Of a stretch of 64,000 bases of DNA, positions 1-9,428 are shown piece by piece. The notes under the pieces were generated by a model that ran no database searches, was not told where the DNA came from, and worked only from the letters and a program-made list of their open reading frames with translations. The stretch is from the IMG/VR virus record IMGVR_UViG_3300028585_000514. The stretch is one strand, 5' to 3'. The stretch is from a virus (taxonomy: Duplodnaviria; Heunggongvirae; Uroviricota; Caudoviricetes). Every line of letters begins with the position of its first letter. Within the stretch, counting starts at the first letter, position 1. A program made the position numbers and the translations under genes.

Positions 1-662
1 TCCAGGAGACCGAGGGCTTCCTTGATTTTCTCGGGATTGAACACTGCACCGTGGGTGACGCGGACCTGAGGTTTCTTCTCCTCGTCGGTCTCGCCCAGGG
101 CGATCTTGAGGGTGTTGTTGCAGACGACACGTTCGGAGACGAACTTGGCCGTGGTAGCGAGGGTGCCGTCGCAGCTGGTGGTCAGGAGCAGGCGACCTTT
201 GATGCGATCACCGCCGATGACGTCGTCTTCGAAGTTGGTGTTGGCCATTGCCCAGTAGCGGGTTCCGCCGAACAGGACACCGGCAGTTTCCAGGTGCATG
301 TCGCCGACTGCGACCAGTTCTTCGAAGAAGTTCAGCACGTCTTTCGGCTGGACGATTTTGTAGGAGTCGGACACGACGCTCAGGCCGTTACCGGAGTCGT
401 TGCGGTACAGGACGCGCTTGCCGTCGAACTGCTTGGTGATGTTGCCGAGGTCGATGCCTGCAGGCTTTTCACCTTTGCCGTTCATCACCGGGATGTCGAA
501 CTTGACCGGGACACCGATGATGTCGTAGTTCATGCCAGCTTCTTCAGCCCAGACTTCCATCGGAGCACCTTTGGTCAAGCGCTGACCCAGACCATGCCAT
601 GCGTCGCCGCCGACGAAGGCGAAGGTTGCTTTACCGTTAACAGTGTCGATGCCGTGTGCCAT
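1..662 (-). CDS. DUF932-family (phage/plasmid TIGR03299-like) protein, runs off window start
   Basis: Absent from the ORF track (open end). Hand translation from ATG 662: MAHGIDTVNGKATFAFVGGDAWHGLGQRLTKGAPMEVWAEEAGMNY; AWHGLG and EAGM motif typical of the family; SD AGGAGA upstream. Confidence 0.8.
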   Translation of the reverse strand, partial: MAHGIDTVNGKATFAFVGGDAWHGLGQRLTKGAPMEVWAEEAGMNYDIIGVPVKFDIPVMNGKGEKPAGIDLGNITKQFDGKRVLYRNDSGNGLSVVSDSYKIVQPKDVLNFFEELVAVGDMHLETAGVLFGGTRYWAMANTNFEDDVIGGDRIKGRLLLTTSCDGTLATTAKFVSERVVCNNTLKIALGETDEEKKPQVRVTHGAVFNPEKIKEALGLL

Positions 663-707
663 GTTTCTTCTCCTGGTTGATTACGGAAGTATTCCGATGA
701 TGTAGCT

Positions 708-736
708 ATATTAACCAGAGTCCCAAGGAAAGTATA
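708..736 (-). promoter_or_regulatory. early sigma70-like promoter TATACT-N17-TAATAT
   Basis: Variant of the repeated early promoter; directly upstream of the DUF932 gene. Confidence 0.55.
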
Positions 737-787
737 CTGAAATCTTTGGTAAAGTGAAAATAAATTAAGTGTTACTTTTTAGAAACA

Positions 788-825
788 AAAATGGCCTGAG
801 ACTGTTTCCAATCTCAGGCCATTTC
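788..825. terminator. intrinsic terminator hairpin
   Basis: AAATGGCCTGAGA...TCTCAGGCCATTT inverted repeat flanked by A/T runs, after the 839 gene. Confidence 0.75.
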
Positions 826-838
826 GGAGTACGAAGTA

Positions 839-1084
839 TTACTGGTCGTGAATCAGGCTCAGGAAGGTTTCGCTTGGCAGGAAGGCGATGTTCTCCAGCT
901 CTTCTTGCGTGAACACTTTCGAATCGGAAATCTGCTGCATCAACTCGGTGCCGAGTTGCGAGAACTCTTTGTTGTCGAGCTTGACTTCGGTTTCTGGATC
1001 GAACTTACCGACCAGGCATTCCTTGTCATTCCAGCGGAAGACGTGGGTGAGCCAGGATTCAGGGATTTTGCCGATCAAATTCAT
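839..1084 (-). CDS. hypothetical protein
   Basis: ORF; start moved to ATG 1084 (SD GGAGA, promoter just upstream). Confidence 0.7.
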   Translation of the reverse strand: MNLIGKIPESWLTHVFRWNDKECLVGKFDPETEVKLDNKEFSQLGTELMQQISDSKVFTQEELENIAFLPSETFLSLIHDQ

Positions 1085-1113
1085 GTCATTCTCCAGTGCG
1101 TTACGATAGAGAC

Positions 1114-1142
1114 ATAATACCAAAGTCTCCTGGGAATGTACA
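1114..1142 (-). promoter_or_regulatory. early promoter TGTACA-N17-TATTAT
   Basis: Exact 17-nt spacer; motif recurs in the window. Confidence 0.7.
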
Positions 1143-1152
1143 CAAAAATCTA

Positions 1153-1737
1153 TTATGCTACAACCTCAACCGTTCCGTATGTGGACTCAAACTTCACGTT
1201 AATCGTCGCGCCTTTCTTAAGGTTGGCCGGGCCACGTCTCGGAAGCCAGTTCACCGCGAAAGTGTCACCTTTATGAGGACCTTCTAGGAATTGTCCTACA
1301 AGCAGGGAGCTTGTAGGCGTTACGGTTGTCTTCACGAAGTAACCTTTGCTGATGCCTTTGCCAGTGGAACGGGACTTGGCTTGCTTTAGGTTCTTCTCGA
1401 TGACATCCTTATCATCGGTCTGATCGTACAGCACTTTGGCTTTTGCTGGGGTGTTGTAGTTCCATCCGATGGCGACTTCATTTGCGCGATGCTTGTAAAC
1501 ACGTACGGTGCCGTCAGTACCTTTTTCCAAAGCACTTACCAAGCGTGCGAAGGTGAAGCCAGCAGTGTCCTTTTTGAAACGGAAGATTTCCTTATTCTCA
1601 TGGGGCTGATCAACGACGTCAGCATACCCTTGCAGGTATTCACGAGCTTCTTCGTAACCGAGTTTCTTGCCTTTCAGGTTTGCCAGAATCGCAGGAACTT
1701 CCTTTGTTGCTTCTGACAGAATTTCTAAAACTTTCAT
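1153..1737 (-). CDS. putative capsid-internal protein (MKVLEILSE N-terminus)
   Basis: Start at ATG 1737 with SD AGGAGA; perfect TATAAATA late promoter at 1764-1771. Confidence 0.65.
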   Translation of the reverse strand: MKVLEILSEATKEVPAILANLKGKKLGYEEAREYLQGYADVVDQPHENKEIFRFKKDTAGFTFARLVSALEKGTDGTVRVYKHRANEVAIGWNYNTPAKAKVLYDQTDDKDVIEKNLKQAKSRSTGKGISKGYFVKTTVTPTSSLLVGQFLEGPHKGDTFAVNWLPRRGPANLKKGATINVKFESTYGTVEVVA

Positions 1738-1762
1738 AATCTCTCTCCTATACGGTATGAGA

Positions 1763-2365
1763 CTATTTATACCGACGATCCGCAACCAACGCGGCCACCT
1801 GATTCTTGCTGGATTCACGGGCTTTGAACTCGTCCCAGTCTACGAGATTGTACTCACCGGCAGACATCGGCACATTGTTAAGAAGATTCAGAGTTTCCGC
1901 GGCGATCGTGTCGTATTCGGCGTTGCTCATCAAGAATGCCATGTCTTCGATATTTTCAAGACACTGATGGATTTCGATGCAACGTTCCGGATCGAGGAAC
2001 ATGGCCTGACCTTCCGGTTGACTATCCATCTTGATGATCATGTTGCCGATCGCGTAGTGAATGTCTTCAGCTGCTTCATCGTTGAAGTAGCGCATCGCAG
2101 CGAAACGACCGAAAGCCAAGCGACTGTACAGCAAGCAGAAGGACTCGCCATTGCCGCTCCGATTTTTCAGTGCAGACAGGGCACCGTAGAACCGAACATG
2201 GCTTTCCGATGGAATTTCATTCTCAACCCTTGCTGCTGGCTGCCTTGCTGGAATCAGAGCAGAGCCAATCAATGGCTTAGGCATGAAGTTTGCTGCATCA
2301 TTCGACGTCTTTGCAACAGCTCGCTTCGCCACCTTCGCTTGATGGCGTTCTCGTTTATTACCCAT
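1763..2365 (-). CDS. hypothetical protein
   Basis: 200-aa ORF with SD AAGGAG, directly downstream of uvrB. Confidence 0.7.
   Translation of the reverse strand: MGNKRERHQAKVAKRAVAKTSNDAANFMPKPLIGSALIPARQPAARVENEIPSESHVRFYGALSALKNRSGNGESFCLLYSRLAFGRFAAMRYFNDEAAEDIHYAIGNMIIKMDSQPEGQAMFLDPERCIEIHQCLENIEDMAFLMSNAEYDTIAAETLNLLNNVPMSAGEYNLVDWDEFKARESSKNQVAALVADRRYK
1764..1771 (-). promoter_or_regulatory. T4-type late promoter TATAAATA
   Basis: Exact T4 gp55 consensus about 27 nt upstream of ATG 1737. Confidence 0.7.
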
Positions 2366-2380
2366 GGTACTCCTTGAATA

Positions 2381-4366
2381 TTATTCGTGTCCGATAGATT
2401 GGCGATGGAGTCGAGTGATTTGATCACGAAGCTTTGCGGCTTTTTCGAACTCCAGATTCTTAGCGGCTTCCTTCATAGCGCGCTCAAGTTTTTTGATCGA
2501 CATCGTTGCGGTCTTTTCATCGAACGCAATTTCCTCGATCACCGGATCAGGCTGGTCCAGCAAAGCACGGATGCGATTCTGGATGTTCACCGGCGTGATT
2601 CCATTCGCCTCATTGAAAGCGAGTTGCTTTGCACGACGGCGATTGGTTTCATTAATTGCAGCCTCCATCGAGCCAGTTACCTTGTCGGCATACAGGATCG
2701 CGTGACCGTTGACATTACGTGCAGCACGACCGATGGTTTGGATCAGACTCCTAGCATTGCGTAGGAACCCTTCCTTGTCCGCATCCATCACTGCCACAAG
2801 AGATACTTCAGGTAGGTCCAGGCCTTCCCTGAGAAGGTTAATACCGATCAGCACATCGAACTTGCCATGGCGCAGGTCCCGGATAATTTCGACACGCTCG
2901 ACGGCTTCGACATCACCATGCAAGTAGCGAGCCTTGATGCCGTGCTCGACATAGTACTCCGCCAACTGTTGTGCCATGTGCTTGGTAAGCACTGTGACCA
3001 GAACACGTTCGTTTTTCTTGGCACGCTCGGTAACTTCGGACATGAGGTCCTCGACTTGCGATGCGATAGGACGCACCTCGACTTCCGGATCAACGATGCC
3101 GGTCGGACGAATGATTTGCTCAGCAATGTCGGTACCGGACCGCTGAAGCTCGAATTCGCCTGGAGTTGCCGAGACAAAGATGGTTTGCTTCAAGCGAGCC
3201 AGCACTTCGTCGAAGTTCAACGGTCGTGCATCGTATGCGGATGGCAGACGGAAGCCATGGTCGATCAGAACCTCCTTGCGGGACTTGTCGCCTGCATACA
3301 TTGCACCGAGTTGGGGTACCGTAGTATGGCTTTCGTCGATGAAGACAATTGCCTTTTCCGGAAGGTAATCGAGCAGTGTCGGAGGCGGTTGGCCGATCGA
3401 ACGACCAGTGAAGTGCCTGGAATAATTTTCGATGCCTTTGCAGTAGCCGATTTCGTCAAGCATTTCCAGGTCGAAGCACACCTTTTCACGAATGCGCTGA
3501 GCTTCGATGTGCTTGCCTTTAGACTCAAAGAACGCGATGCGGTCTTCCATTTCCTTTTGGATCGCATCGACTGCCGGATTCAGCTTTTGTTCCTCGACCA
3601 CATAGTGGGTTGCTGGGAACAACGTGAAGGCATGGATCGTTTCCTTGACGGCACCTGTGATCGGATCGATTTTCTTGATGTCTTCGATGATGTCGTCGAA
3701 GAACGATACACGGAGCGCGAACTCCTCGGTTTCGGCTGGATGGATGATCAGAGTATCACCGATTTTCTTGAACTCGCCGGATTTGATCAAGCGGTCCTTG
3801 TCGATGTTGTCGTAGCGAGCCTTGACCAGCTGCTTGACAATTTCTTCCATCGTGATTTGGCGAGTCACTTTCAAGTTAATGGAGTGACTTGTAATCTGGT
3901 ACGTTTCACCAAGGCCATAGATCGCGGACACAGTGGCAACGATGATGGTGTCGTTACGTGTCAGAATTGCCTTGGTTGCCGAAAGCCGTAGCATTTCAAG
4001 ATAAGCATTGACCATCGAATCTTTGTCAATGTACTTGTCCTGAGCCGGCAAATAGGTCTCGGGTTGGTAGTAGTCGAAGTACGAGACAAAGTACTCGACC
4101 GCAGCATTTGGGAAGAATGCTTTCATTTCCGAGTACAACTGTGCGCACAACGTTTTGTTAGGCGCCAAGATCAGAGCCGGACGATTTGTCTTGGCAATGG
4201 TCTGGGCCATAGTGTAGGTTTTGCCGGTACCGGTAGCACCGAGCAAAGTTTGGAAAGCTAGGCCATCTTCCAGACCTTCAACCAGTTTGGCAATCGCCGT
4301 TGGCTGGTCACCTTTTGGCAGGTGCGGGGTCTCGATCTGGAAGGAGTTTTCGTTTTGCTCGATCAT
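2381..4366 (-). CDS. uvrB: excinuclease ABC subunit B (UvrB)
   Basis: GATGTGKT Walker A, FVSYFDYYQPE beta-hairpin, DESH, GINLLREGLDLPEVSLV, LIQTIGRAARN, C-terminal UVR coiled coil; start set at MIEQ (4366). Confidence 0.97.
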   Translation of the reverse strand: MIEQNENSFQIETPHLPKGDQPTAIAKLVEGLEDGLAFQTLLGATGTGKTYTMAQTIAKTNRPALILAPNKTLCAQLYSEMKAFFPNAAVEYFVSYFDYYQPETYLPAQDKYIDKDSMVNAYLEMLRLSATKAILTRNDTIIVATVSAIYGLGETYQITSHSINLKVTRQITMEEIVKQLVKARYDNIDKDRLIKSGEFKKIGDTLIIHPAETEEFALRVSFFDDIIEDIKKIDPITGAVKETIHAFTLFPATHYVVEEQKLNPAVDAIQKEMEDRIAFFESKGKHIEAQRIREKVCFDLEMLDEIGYCKGIENYSRHFTGRSIGQPPPTLLDYLPEKAIVFIDESHTTVPQLGAMYAGDKSRKEVLIDHGFRLPSAYDARPLNFDEVLARLKQTIFVSATPGEFELQRSGTDIAEQIIRPTGIVDPEVEVRPIASQVEDLMSEVTERAKKNERVLVTVLTKHMAQQLAEYYVEHGIKARYLHGDVEAVERVEIIRDLRHGKFDVLIGINLLREGLDLPEVSLVAVMDADKEGFLRNARSLIQTIGRAARNVNGHAILYADKVTGSMEAAINETNRRRAKQLAFNEANGITPVNIQNRIRALLDQPDPVIEEIAFDEKTATMSIKKLERAMKEAAKNLEFEKAAKLRDQITRLHRQSIGHE

Positions 4367-4394
4367 GTTATTTGGTCGCGTCGATAATGGAACC

Positions 4395-4423
4395 ATTATA
4401 CCATGGCGACTTCGCTAAGTACA
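4395..4423 (-). promoter_or_regulatory. early promoter TGTACT-N17-TATAAT for uvrB
   Basis: Matches the early consensus. Confidence 0.7.
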
Positions 4424-4436
4424 TCGTGCTTAAACG

Positions 4437-4462
4437 AAAAAGGGAGCCAATGGCTCCCTTTC
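4437..4462 (-). terminator. intrinsic terminator
   Basis: AAAGGGAGCCA-TT-GGCTCCCTTTT on minus strand; same sequence at 56791. Confidence 0.8.
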
Positions 4463-4466
4463 ATGT

Positions 4467-6101
4467 TTACATCTGGACTCGATCTTTGAACCAGCCAGGC
4501 AATTTGCTGTATGCGTTGCCTAAGAAGTGTTCGAATGAAGCATCAAGAATGTAGGTAGTTGAGTGGTCATCCATGCTTCGAGTAGCACGGCAGCTTGCTT
4601 GCAAGACTTCCATCCACATCTGCATGCTGTACCAGTCGTTGAACACCTGCGACTTCTTCTTGATCCGAGGATCAGCCAACGATGGGAATGGAAGCTTCAC
4701 GATAATTTGGAAGCGAGCCAGGTCATCGTACAAGTCGATACCAGTTGTCATACTTGGCGAAAGCAGAACCGTTGGATCGTCATTAGACGAGTGCAGTTTC
4801 AGCAGTTCGTTGTTATGCAACTTCGTTTGATTCATGTCACGAGCAATCAAGCGCTTACGGGTACCTTTGTCGACGCGTTGCAGGATTTCACTTGCGATCT
4901 TGTAGTTGCCGGTGTGAATCAGACCCTTCTCATTTGGGTGTGCTTCGAGAATTGCCTCAACCGCCTGGACGATCACAGGGATACTTTTGTCGAGCTCTTT
5001 GTAATTCATCTTCGCGACAGGCAAGACGACAATAGGCGACTTCTCGGGTGGGAATGGAGTACCTACTTCGATGTAGCACATCTCGGCAGGGTTGATGCCC
5101 ATCTCCTTGCACAGCACTTCTTTCGGAGGCAAGGTTGCCGACATGAACACGAACTTCTCTGCGAAGGCATCCATGCACATACTGAACAGATATTTCGAGG
5201 TCAGCGGTGACAGGATGATCGAGTTATCTTCGAAGTTTGGAGTCTCGACCCATGGGCTATCCGTGAATTCGCGAGTTGCTTCATACACCTGGATTTTCGA
5301 GACATACGATTGAAGCACTGATTTCTTGGAATTGATCTTCCGGATTTTGTCGCCGGTTGACTTAGGCATGTCCTTGACTTTGCCTTTCTGCATGAACGTA
5401 CCTTCTTCGAAGATCGCAGCGATCTTGTCATCCATCTCCGCAATCTTCTGGAGCATCATTTGCATGATCAAGTCCAGTAGCTTGCGGTTGTCATTCATGT
5501 CTTCAGTGAAGCGCCATTCTTCGTTGCCGACGCCGAAGTTGTTCCACAGGTCGCTCAACGAGATTTTCAGTTCAGCAACCGAGATCAGGTGTTTTTCCAG
5601 GTCGTGGGCTTCGTCCATCACGATGGCATTGCGAGTGGTCCATTCCGTGTCTTCATCCGCGTTTGCGGTGACGGTCAAGAAGTACGCATAGTTCGTGATC
5701 ATCATCTGCGAATTCAGAGCTTTGGTCTTCTGGTTGTAGTAGTCGCAGACCGATTGCTGAATGCAGGTACGTTTCAAGTCTTTGTTGGCGATGCATGGAG
5801 CTTCGTCAGCATTGAACACCGGATTGATGTTGCAGACATAGTTGCTGCGACCTTTGATGTCGACTAGTTTGGCGCTGGTGCGTTCGTACTGTTCTTGTAG
5901 GTATTTGGTACCAGTGAGAATGTATGTACGGGAGAGAGCTTCGGCGATTGCCAGAGCGAGGTGAGTCTTACCAACACCAGGAGGTGCGCTGATTGCAAAG
6001 TACTTGTAGCCGTTCCATGCATGCTCCAGCTTACCGAGCACCTCAGCTTGTTCATTACGTGGGGTGAGTTTGAATCGTTTAAAGTAATCGATAAAATTCA
6101 T
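4467..6101 (-). CDS. DinG/Rad3-like SF2 helicase
   Basis: APPGVGKT, KGRSNYVC Fe-S cysteines, ITNYAYF, DEAH, MSATL, GIDL, KLPFP, QASCRATR. Confidence 0.9.
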   Translation of the reverse strand: MNFIDYFKRFKLTPRNEQAEVLGKLEHAWNGYKYFAISAPPGVGKTHLALAIAEALSRTYILTGTKYLQEQYERTSAKLVDIKGRSNYVCNINPVFNADEAPCIANKDLKRTCIQQSVCDYYNQKTKALNSQMMITNYAYFLTVTANADEDTEWTTRNAIVMDEAHDLEKHLISVAELKISLSDLWNNFGVGNEEWRFTEDMNDNRKLLDLIMQMMLQKIAEMDDKIAAIFEEGTFMQKGKVKDMPKSTGDKIRKINSKKSVLQSYVSKIQVYEATREFTDSPWVETPNFEDNSIILSPLTSKYLFSMCMDAFAEKFVFMSATLPPKEVLCKEMGINPAEMCYIEVGTPFPPEKSPIVVLPVAKMNYKELDKSIPVIVQAVEAILEAHPNEKGLIHTGNYKIASEILQRVDKGTRKRLIARDMNQTKLHNNELLKLHSSNDDPTVLLSPSMTTGIDLYDDLARFQIIVKLPFPSLADPRIKKKSQVFNDWYSMQMWMEVLQASCRATRSMDDHSTTYILDASFEHFLGNAYSKLPGWFKDRVQM

Positions 6102-6118
6102 TTATTATTCTTGTAAAA

Positions 6119-6143
6119 GAAAATGGGGCCATTGGCCCCATTC
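6119..6143 (-). terminator. intrinsic terminator
   Basis: AATGGGGCCA-TTGGCCCCATT hairpin followed by U-run on minus strand. Confidence 0.7.
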
Positions 6144-6163
6144 GTGATGCACTGCCGCCAGTA

Positions 6164-6832
6164 TTACTGGATCGGAGGCGTCTGGTCGTGGGCGGAGAGG
6201 ACGGCGGCCGTCAGGTCACCTTTGGCAACTTCTTTCAGGTGACGTTTCGCGGCATGGCGCTTTTGCTGTTCTTGCTTGATTTCGGCGAGCTTGGCGTCTG
6301 CTGCTTCCTTGATCTGGAGCAGACGGAGGGCGACGCCCTGGCCGATGGCATATTCTACTGCATCTTGCGTCAGATTGGCGAAAACGATCGAGTCGACGAA
6401 GGAAGGTTGCAAGCCTTTCAGCTCTTCCATGCGGCTGACTGCGAACTCGGTCAGGTTGTCGAGGCCGATCGAGAACGTGAACTTCGCATCGAATTCCAGC
6501 ATGCGAGCCTTGACGCTGTTCACGCCGAATTTCTTGCTGTACGGCTCGTCGTCGCGGCACTTGGAGAAGCCGACATTGACGACGTTCTTGGCCTCGTCGA
6601 TGATGTAGCCGATGGTGACGCCGCCGTCGCGCTCGAACTTCGGATGCTGTGCGGTATCGAAGTCCGGGACCGGCAAGCCCATGGCGCTGAGGCGCTGGAT
6701 CAGTGGATGGTGCGCAATGTGCTGATGGCAGTTGCACGGCTCGGGGCGAACGTGGATGGCGCGGAACTGGCTGGCAGCATCGGTCAGGGTGGCGAGTGGC
6801 AGCAGGTTCAGGGCGACATTATTTTTACGCAT
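6164..6832 (-). CDS. hypothetical early protein
   Basis: GC-rich ORF, SD GGAGA before ATG 6832, own early promoter. Confidence 0.7.
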   Translation of the reverse strand: MRKNNVALNLLPLATLTDAASQFRAIHVRPEPCNCHQHIAHHPLIQRLSAMGLPVPDFDTAQHPKFERDGGVTIGYIIDEAKNVVNVGFSKCRDDEPYSKKFGVNSVKARMLEFDAKFTFSIGLDNLTEFAVSRMEELKGLQPSFVDSIVFANLTQDAVEYAIGQGVALRLLQIKEAADAKLAEIKQEQQKRHAAKRHLKEVAKGDLTAAVLSAHDQTPPIQ

Positions 6833-6872
6833 GGCTTTCTCCAATGGTTGTTTATCGAACACCGATGAAGAA

Positions 6873-6901
6873 ATTATAATGTCTGCCTTAAACTTTGTAC
6901 A
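6873..6901 (-). promoter_or_regulatory. early promoter TGTACA-N17-TATAAT
   Basis: Perfect match to the early consensus. Confidence 0.75.
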
Positions 6902-6921
6902 CTGTTTTGCTAAATTTCTTT

Positions 6922-7497
6922 TTAAGAAATATTCCAGCCCGGACCCTTAGGATCAGGCTCAGGAATTCTAGCGTAAGTGATGAACGAGTAGTCATACGTG
7001 TTGTGCTCGTCTGCCTTATAGCGTTCAATAGCAATTTGCTTCCAGACAGTTGGATCGATTGGCGGGAAGAACGCATCACCTTTAAGTTCGCAATCAAGCT
7101 CGGTGATGTACATGACATTCGCAATCTTCATGCCATCAGTGAATAGACGTTCGCCGCCAATGATGAAGCCGGTTTCCAAATGCATGTGATAAGGGAAATC
7201 ATGCTTATGGAATGGTCGACATGCTTGTTCGAAGTCAGACATCACTGTACAACCAAGGCCTTGACCGGGCCGGTTATAGATTTCACAGAACTGAACAACG
7301 TTCGAAGTCAGCACAATGTTCTGGCGATCTGGCAAAGCTTTGCCACCCATAGATGCATAAGTCTTTCGACCCATGATGACGGTGTGGCCATAAGTCAAGG
7401 CCTTGAAGCGTTGAAGGTCGTTGCGTTGTTTCCAAGGCATTTTGCCTTCGAAGCCAATGACGTTATTCTTTGTTTTTGCTGCAATGATAGCTAGCAT
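6922..7497 (-). CDS. folA: dihydrofolate reductase
   Basis: NNVIG..GKMPW, DLQRFKALT, VIMGRKTY, LPDRQNIVLT, IIGG, GDAFFP. Confidence 0.95.
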   Translation of the reverse strand: MLAIIAAKTKNNVIGFEGKMPWKQRNDLQRFKALTYGHTVIMGRKTYASMGGKALPDRQNIVLTSNVVQFCEIYNRPGQGLGCTVMSDFEQACRPFHKHDFPYHMHLETGFIIGGERLFTDGMKIANVMYITELDCELKGDAFFPPIDPTVWKQIAIERYKADEHNTYDYSFITYARIPEPDPKGPGWNIS

Positions 7498-7697
7498 ATG
7501 TCTCCTAAGATTGGGATTTTGACAACCTGAAATGGTCTCGGAACCTTGTTGTCATTGAGTTCGTTGTAGCGTCGTTGCAGCTCGTCCATCTCATCATCGG
7601 TAAGCTTCGGATGATTGTGAAACCGGATTGCCGCATTAATCGTCTCACCAAGTTTAAATTGATGCTCAATAAAAGTCGTGTCGCTTTGAGTACTCAT
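7491..7697 (-). CDS. small protein with possible LysM-like fold
   Basis: HQFKLGETI...YNELN....PFQVVKIP resembles the LysM pattern. Confidence 0.45.
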   Translation of the reverse strand: MSTQSDTTFIEHQFKLGETINAAIRFHNHPKLTDDEMDELQRRYNELNDNKVPRPFQVVKIPILGDIC

Positions 7698-8340
7698 TGA
7701 TGATCGCTTCTTGTAGGCCTTGCGTGAGTTGTTTCAGTGTTACGGCAAAGTCTTCTCGGCGTTTCATGCCAAGAATCGATTCCGATGTACTGTACCGAAT
7801 GACTTGATCGTCTAGCTTGGCGTAGGCGTGAAGCACTGGATCAAAGTTGTAGCTATTGGCCGCCTCACGCATGAAGCCGAATCGATCGGTTGCGTGAAGG
7901 GCAATAGTGTGGGTGCGGGATGGGACATCGACAAGATTCATCGGACGATGAATTGAGTATTGAGGTAGACCGGTGAAAGAATCTATATCGCGAAGATTTG
8001 CATATTGCTGAAGAATGATCGGATCATTGTGGATCGCAGATCGAACCAGGGCAAGCTTTGATTCATCATACTCATACTTCACTTTATGCTCAAGGTTCCG
8101 ATTGGTGTCCTCAAGTTTGTCTATCTTGACTTTCAGGTTAATAGTCTTAAACGTTTCATCCTGATATGCCTTGGCCATCGCTTCGGCTTTTAGTTCTGCT
8201 TTCTTGGTGTCGTTCTCGAGGATGATGTTCTCTGCCTCGAGTTCCGTGTTGCGAACTCTTAGAGACGTTTCGACTCGTTCAAGTTCAACAACACGTTGCG
8301 ACAGAAGAAAGTATTGTTCTTCTAGTTCATCATAGGACAT
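7666..8340 (-). CDS. hypothetical coiled-coil protein
   Basis: E/K/L heptad N-terminal half; overlaps its neighbours. Confidence 0.7.
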   Translation of the reverse strand: MSYDELEEQYFLLSQRVVELERVETSLRVRNTELEAENIILENDTKKAELKAEAMAKAYQDETFKTINLKVKIDKLEDTNRNLEHKVKYEYDESKLALVRSAIHNDPIILQQYANLRDIDSFTGLPQYSIHRPMNLVDVPSRTHTIALHATDRFGFMREAANSYNFDPVLHAYAKLDDQVIRYSTSESILGMKRREDFAVTLKQLTQGLQEAIINEYSKRHDFY

Positions 8341-9143
8341 AGTGGAATGACAAGGTCGGGATCGAAGTCGTCATTTAGCTCATGCCCGTAGTAGCCACGA
8401 GGATTCGCAATGACTTCGCAGTCGTCACCGATATTGTAGCGTGAATTGTTATGCGTGTGGCCATGGAACCAGAACTTGATCTGCGGATGATCAAGGATCA
8501 GGTTACTCAGGTCCGAGTGGTACGCGAAGTTGGTGTGATAGTCTTTTTGACTGAAGCGATACATTGGGCTAAGACTTAGCGAATGCGGAGCATGGTGGCT
8601 CATCACAATCACGTTCTTACCATCGTCCTTAGCCAGCTCTTCGAGCAAGGCATTCTTGTAGGCGATATGTCGTCCCAGAACATGTTCCGGCTTCAGGCGC
8701 GCATTGTAGTTGTGGATTCGAATCTTCTTATAGTCATACAACACCTGCGACGCGTTGTACATTGTAACCGGGTTTCCGCTGTTGAAGTCGGTCCAGCAGG
8801 TGCCGCCGAAAACTTTCCAGTTGGTATTGGGAATGTGGAAGACTTCGTCTAGGAGAACGAAGACATTGTCGAGGCCTTGAGCCTGAATGGCGTCCTTGAT
8901 TTTCTGTCCGGTAAGGTCCAGCGAAGACTTATAGTGCTCGTGGTTTCCTGGGACGTATAGGACGTATGCGAAGCGTTGGCTAAGATTCTTCAGCCAATCG
9001 TTCTTTGTTGCCCTGATGCCCACATGGATGTCTCCAGGGAGCAGCAGGACAGTTTCGGTATCAGTATGGTGCTCCGGGATATGGAAGGGTCCAAATTCCA
9101 GGTGCAAGTCCGACATCTCTCGGAGGTATTTGATTGTTTTCAT
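8322..9143 (-). CDS. calcineurin-like metallophosphoesterase
   Basis: SDLH, GDI, GNHE, HHAP, HGHTH, NPRGY motifs. Confidence 0.93.
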   Translation of the reverse strand: MKTIKYLREMSDLHLEFGPFHIPEHHTDTETVLLLPGDIHVGIRATKNDWLKNLSQRFAYVLYVPGNHEHYKSSLDLTGQKIKDAIQAQGLDNVFVLLDEVFHIPNTNWKVFGGTCWTDFNSGNPVTMYNASQVLYDYKKIRIHNYNARLKPEHVLGRHIAYKNALLEELAKDDGKNVIVMSHHAPHSLSLSPMYRFSQKDYHTNFAYHSDLSNLILDHPQIKFWFHGHTHNNSRYNIGDDCEVIANPRGYYGHELNDDFDPDLVIPLCPMMN

Positions 9144-9303
9144 TTTGAATTATGGAGTCGTTATTCTTCCACTCCAGCAAGCATTCGCTGAGTAAACGAA
9201 TATTTACGCCGATGTTCTCGGTGTCGGTGTAGAGGTCGACCATGAACGATAGTAGGTTATCGTTCTCTGTTTTTATAGTGTTATGGTCAGGGCTGATACT
9301 CAT
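9061..9303 (-). CDS. hypothetical protein
   Basis: ATG 9303 with SD AGGAGA; 3' end overlaps the phosphoesterase. Confidence 0.45.
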   Translation of the reverse strand: MSISPDHNTIKTENDNLLSFMVDLYTDTENIGVNIRLLSECLLEWKNNDSIIQNENNQIPPRDVGLAPGIWTLPYPGAPY

Positions 9304-9377
9304 GTTAATCTCCTAGATGCTCCACATTCGAAGCATTAGTATTTAACACGAATATTGTTTTCTGAGGGAAATACTAG

Positions 9378-9420
9378 AAAAATGTGAGTGCTAGAATAAA
9401 TACTATTCCAGCACCCACAT
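9378..9420 (-). terminator. intrinsic terminator, 17-bp stem
   Basis: Minus strand ATGTGGGTGCTGGAATA/TATTCTAGCACTCACAT with G-U pairs, then TTTT. Confidence 0.7.
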
Positions 9421-9428
9421 CTTGGGGA

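Noticed and set aside
51-680. 209-aa plus-strand ORF
   Set aside because: Antisense shadow of the minus-strand DUF932 gene, which has SD, promoter and family motifs
2381-7497. Bacterial chromosome origin suggested by uvrB and folA
   Set aside because: Embedded among phage genes with phage-type promoters and terminators shared with the rest of the window
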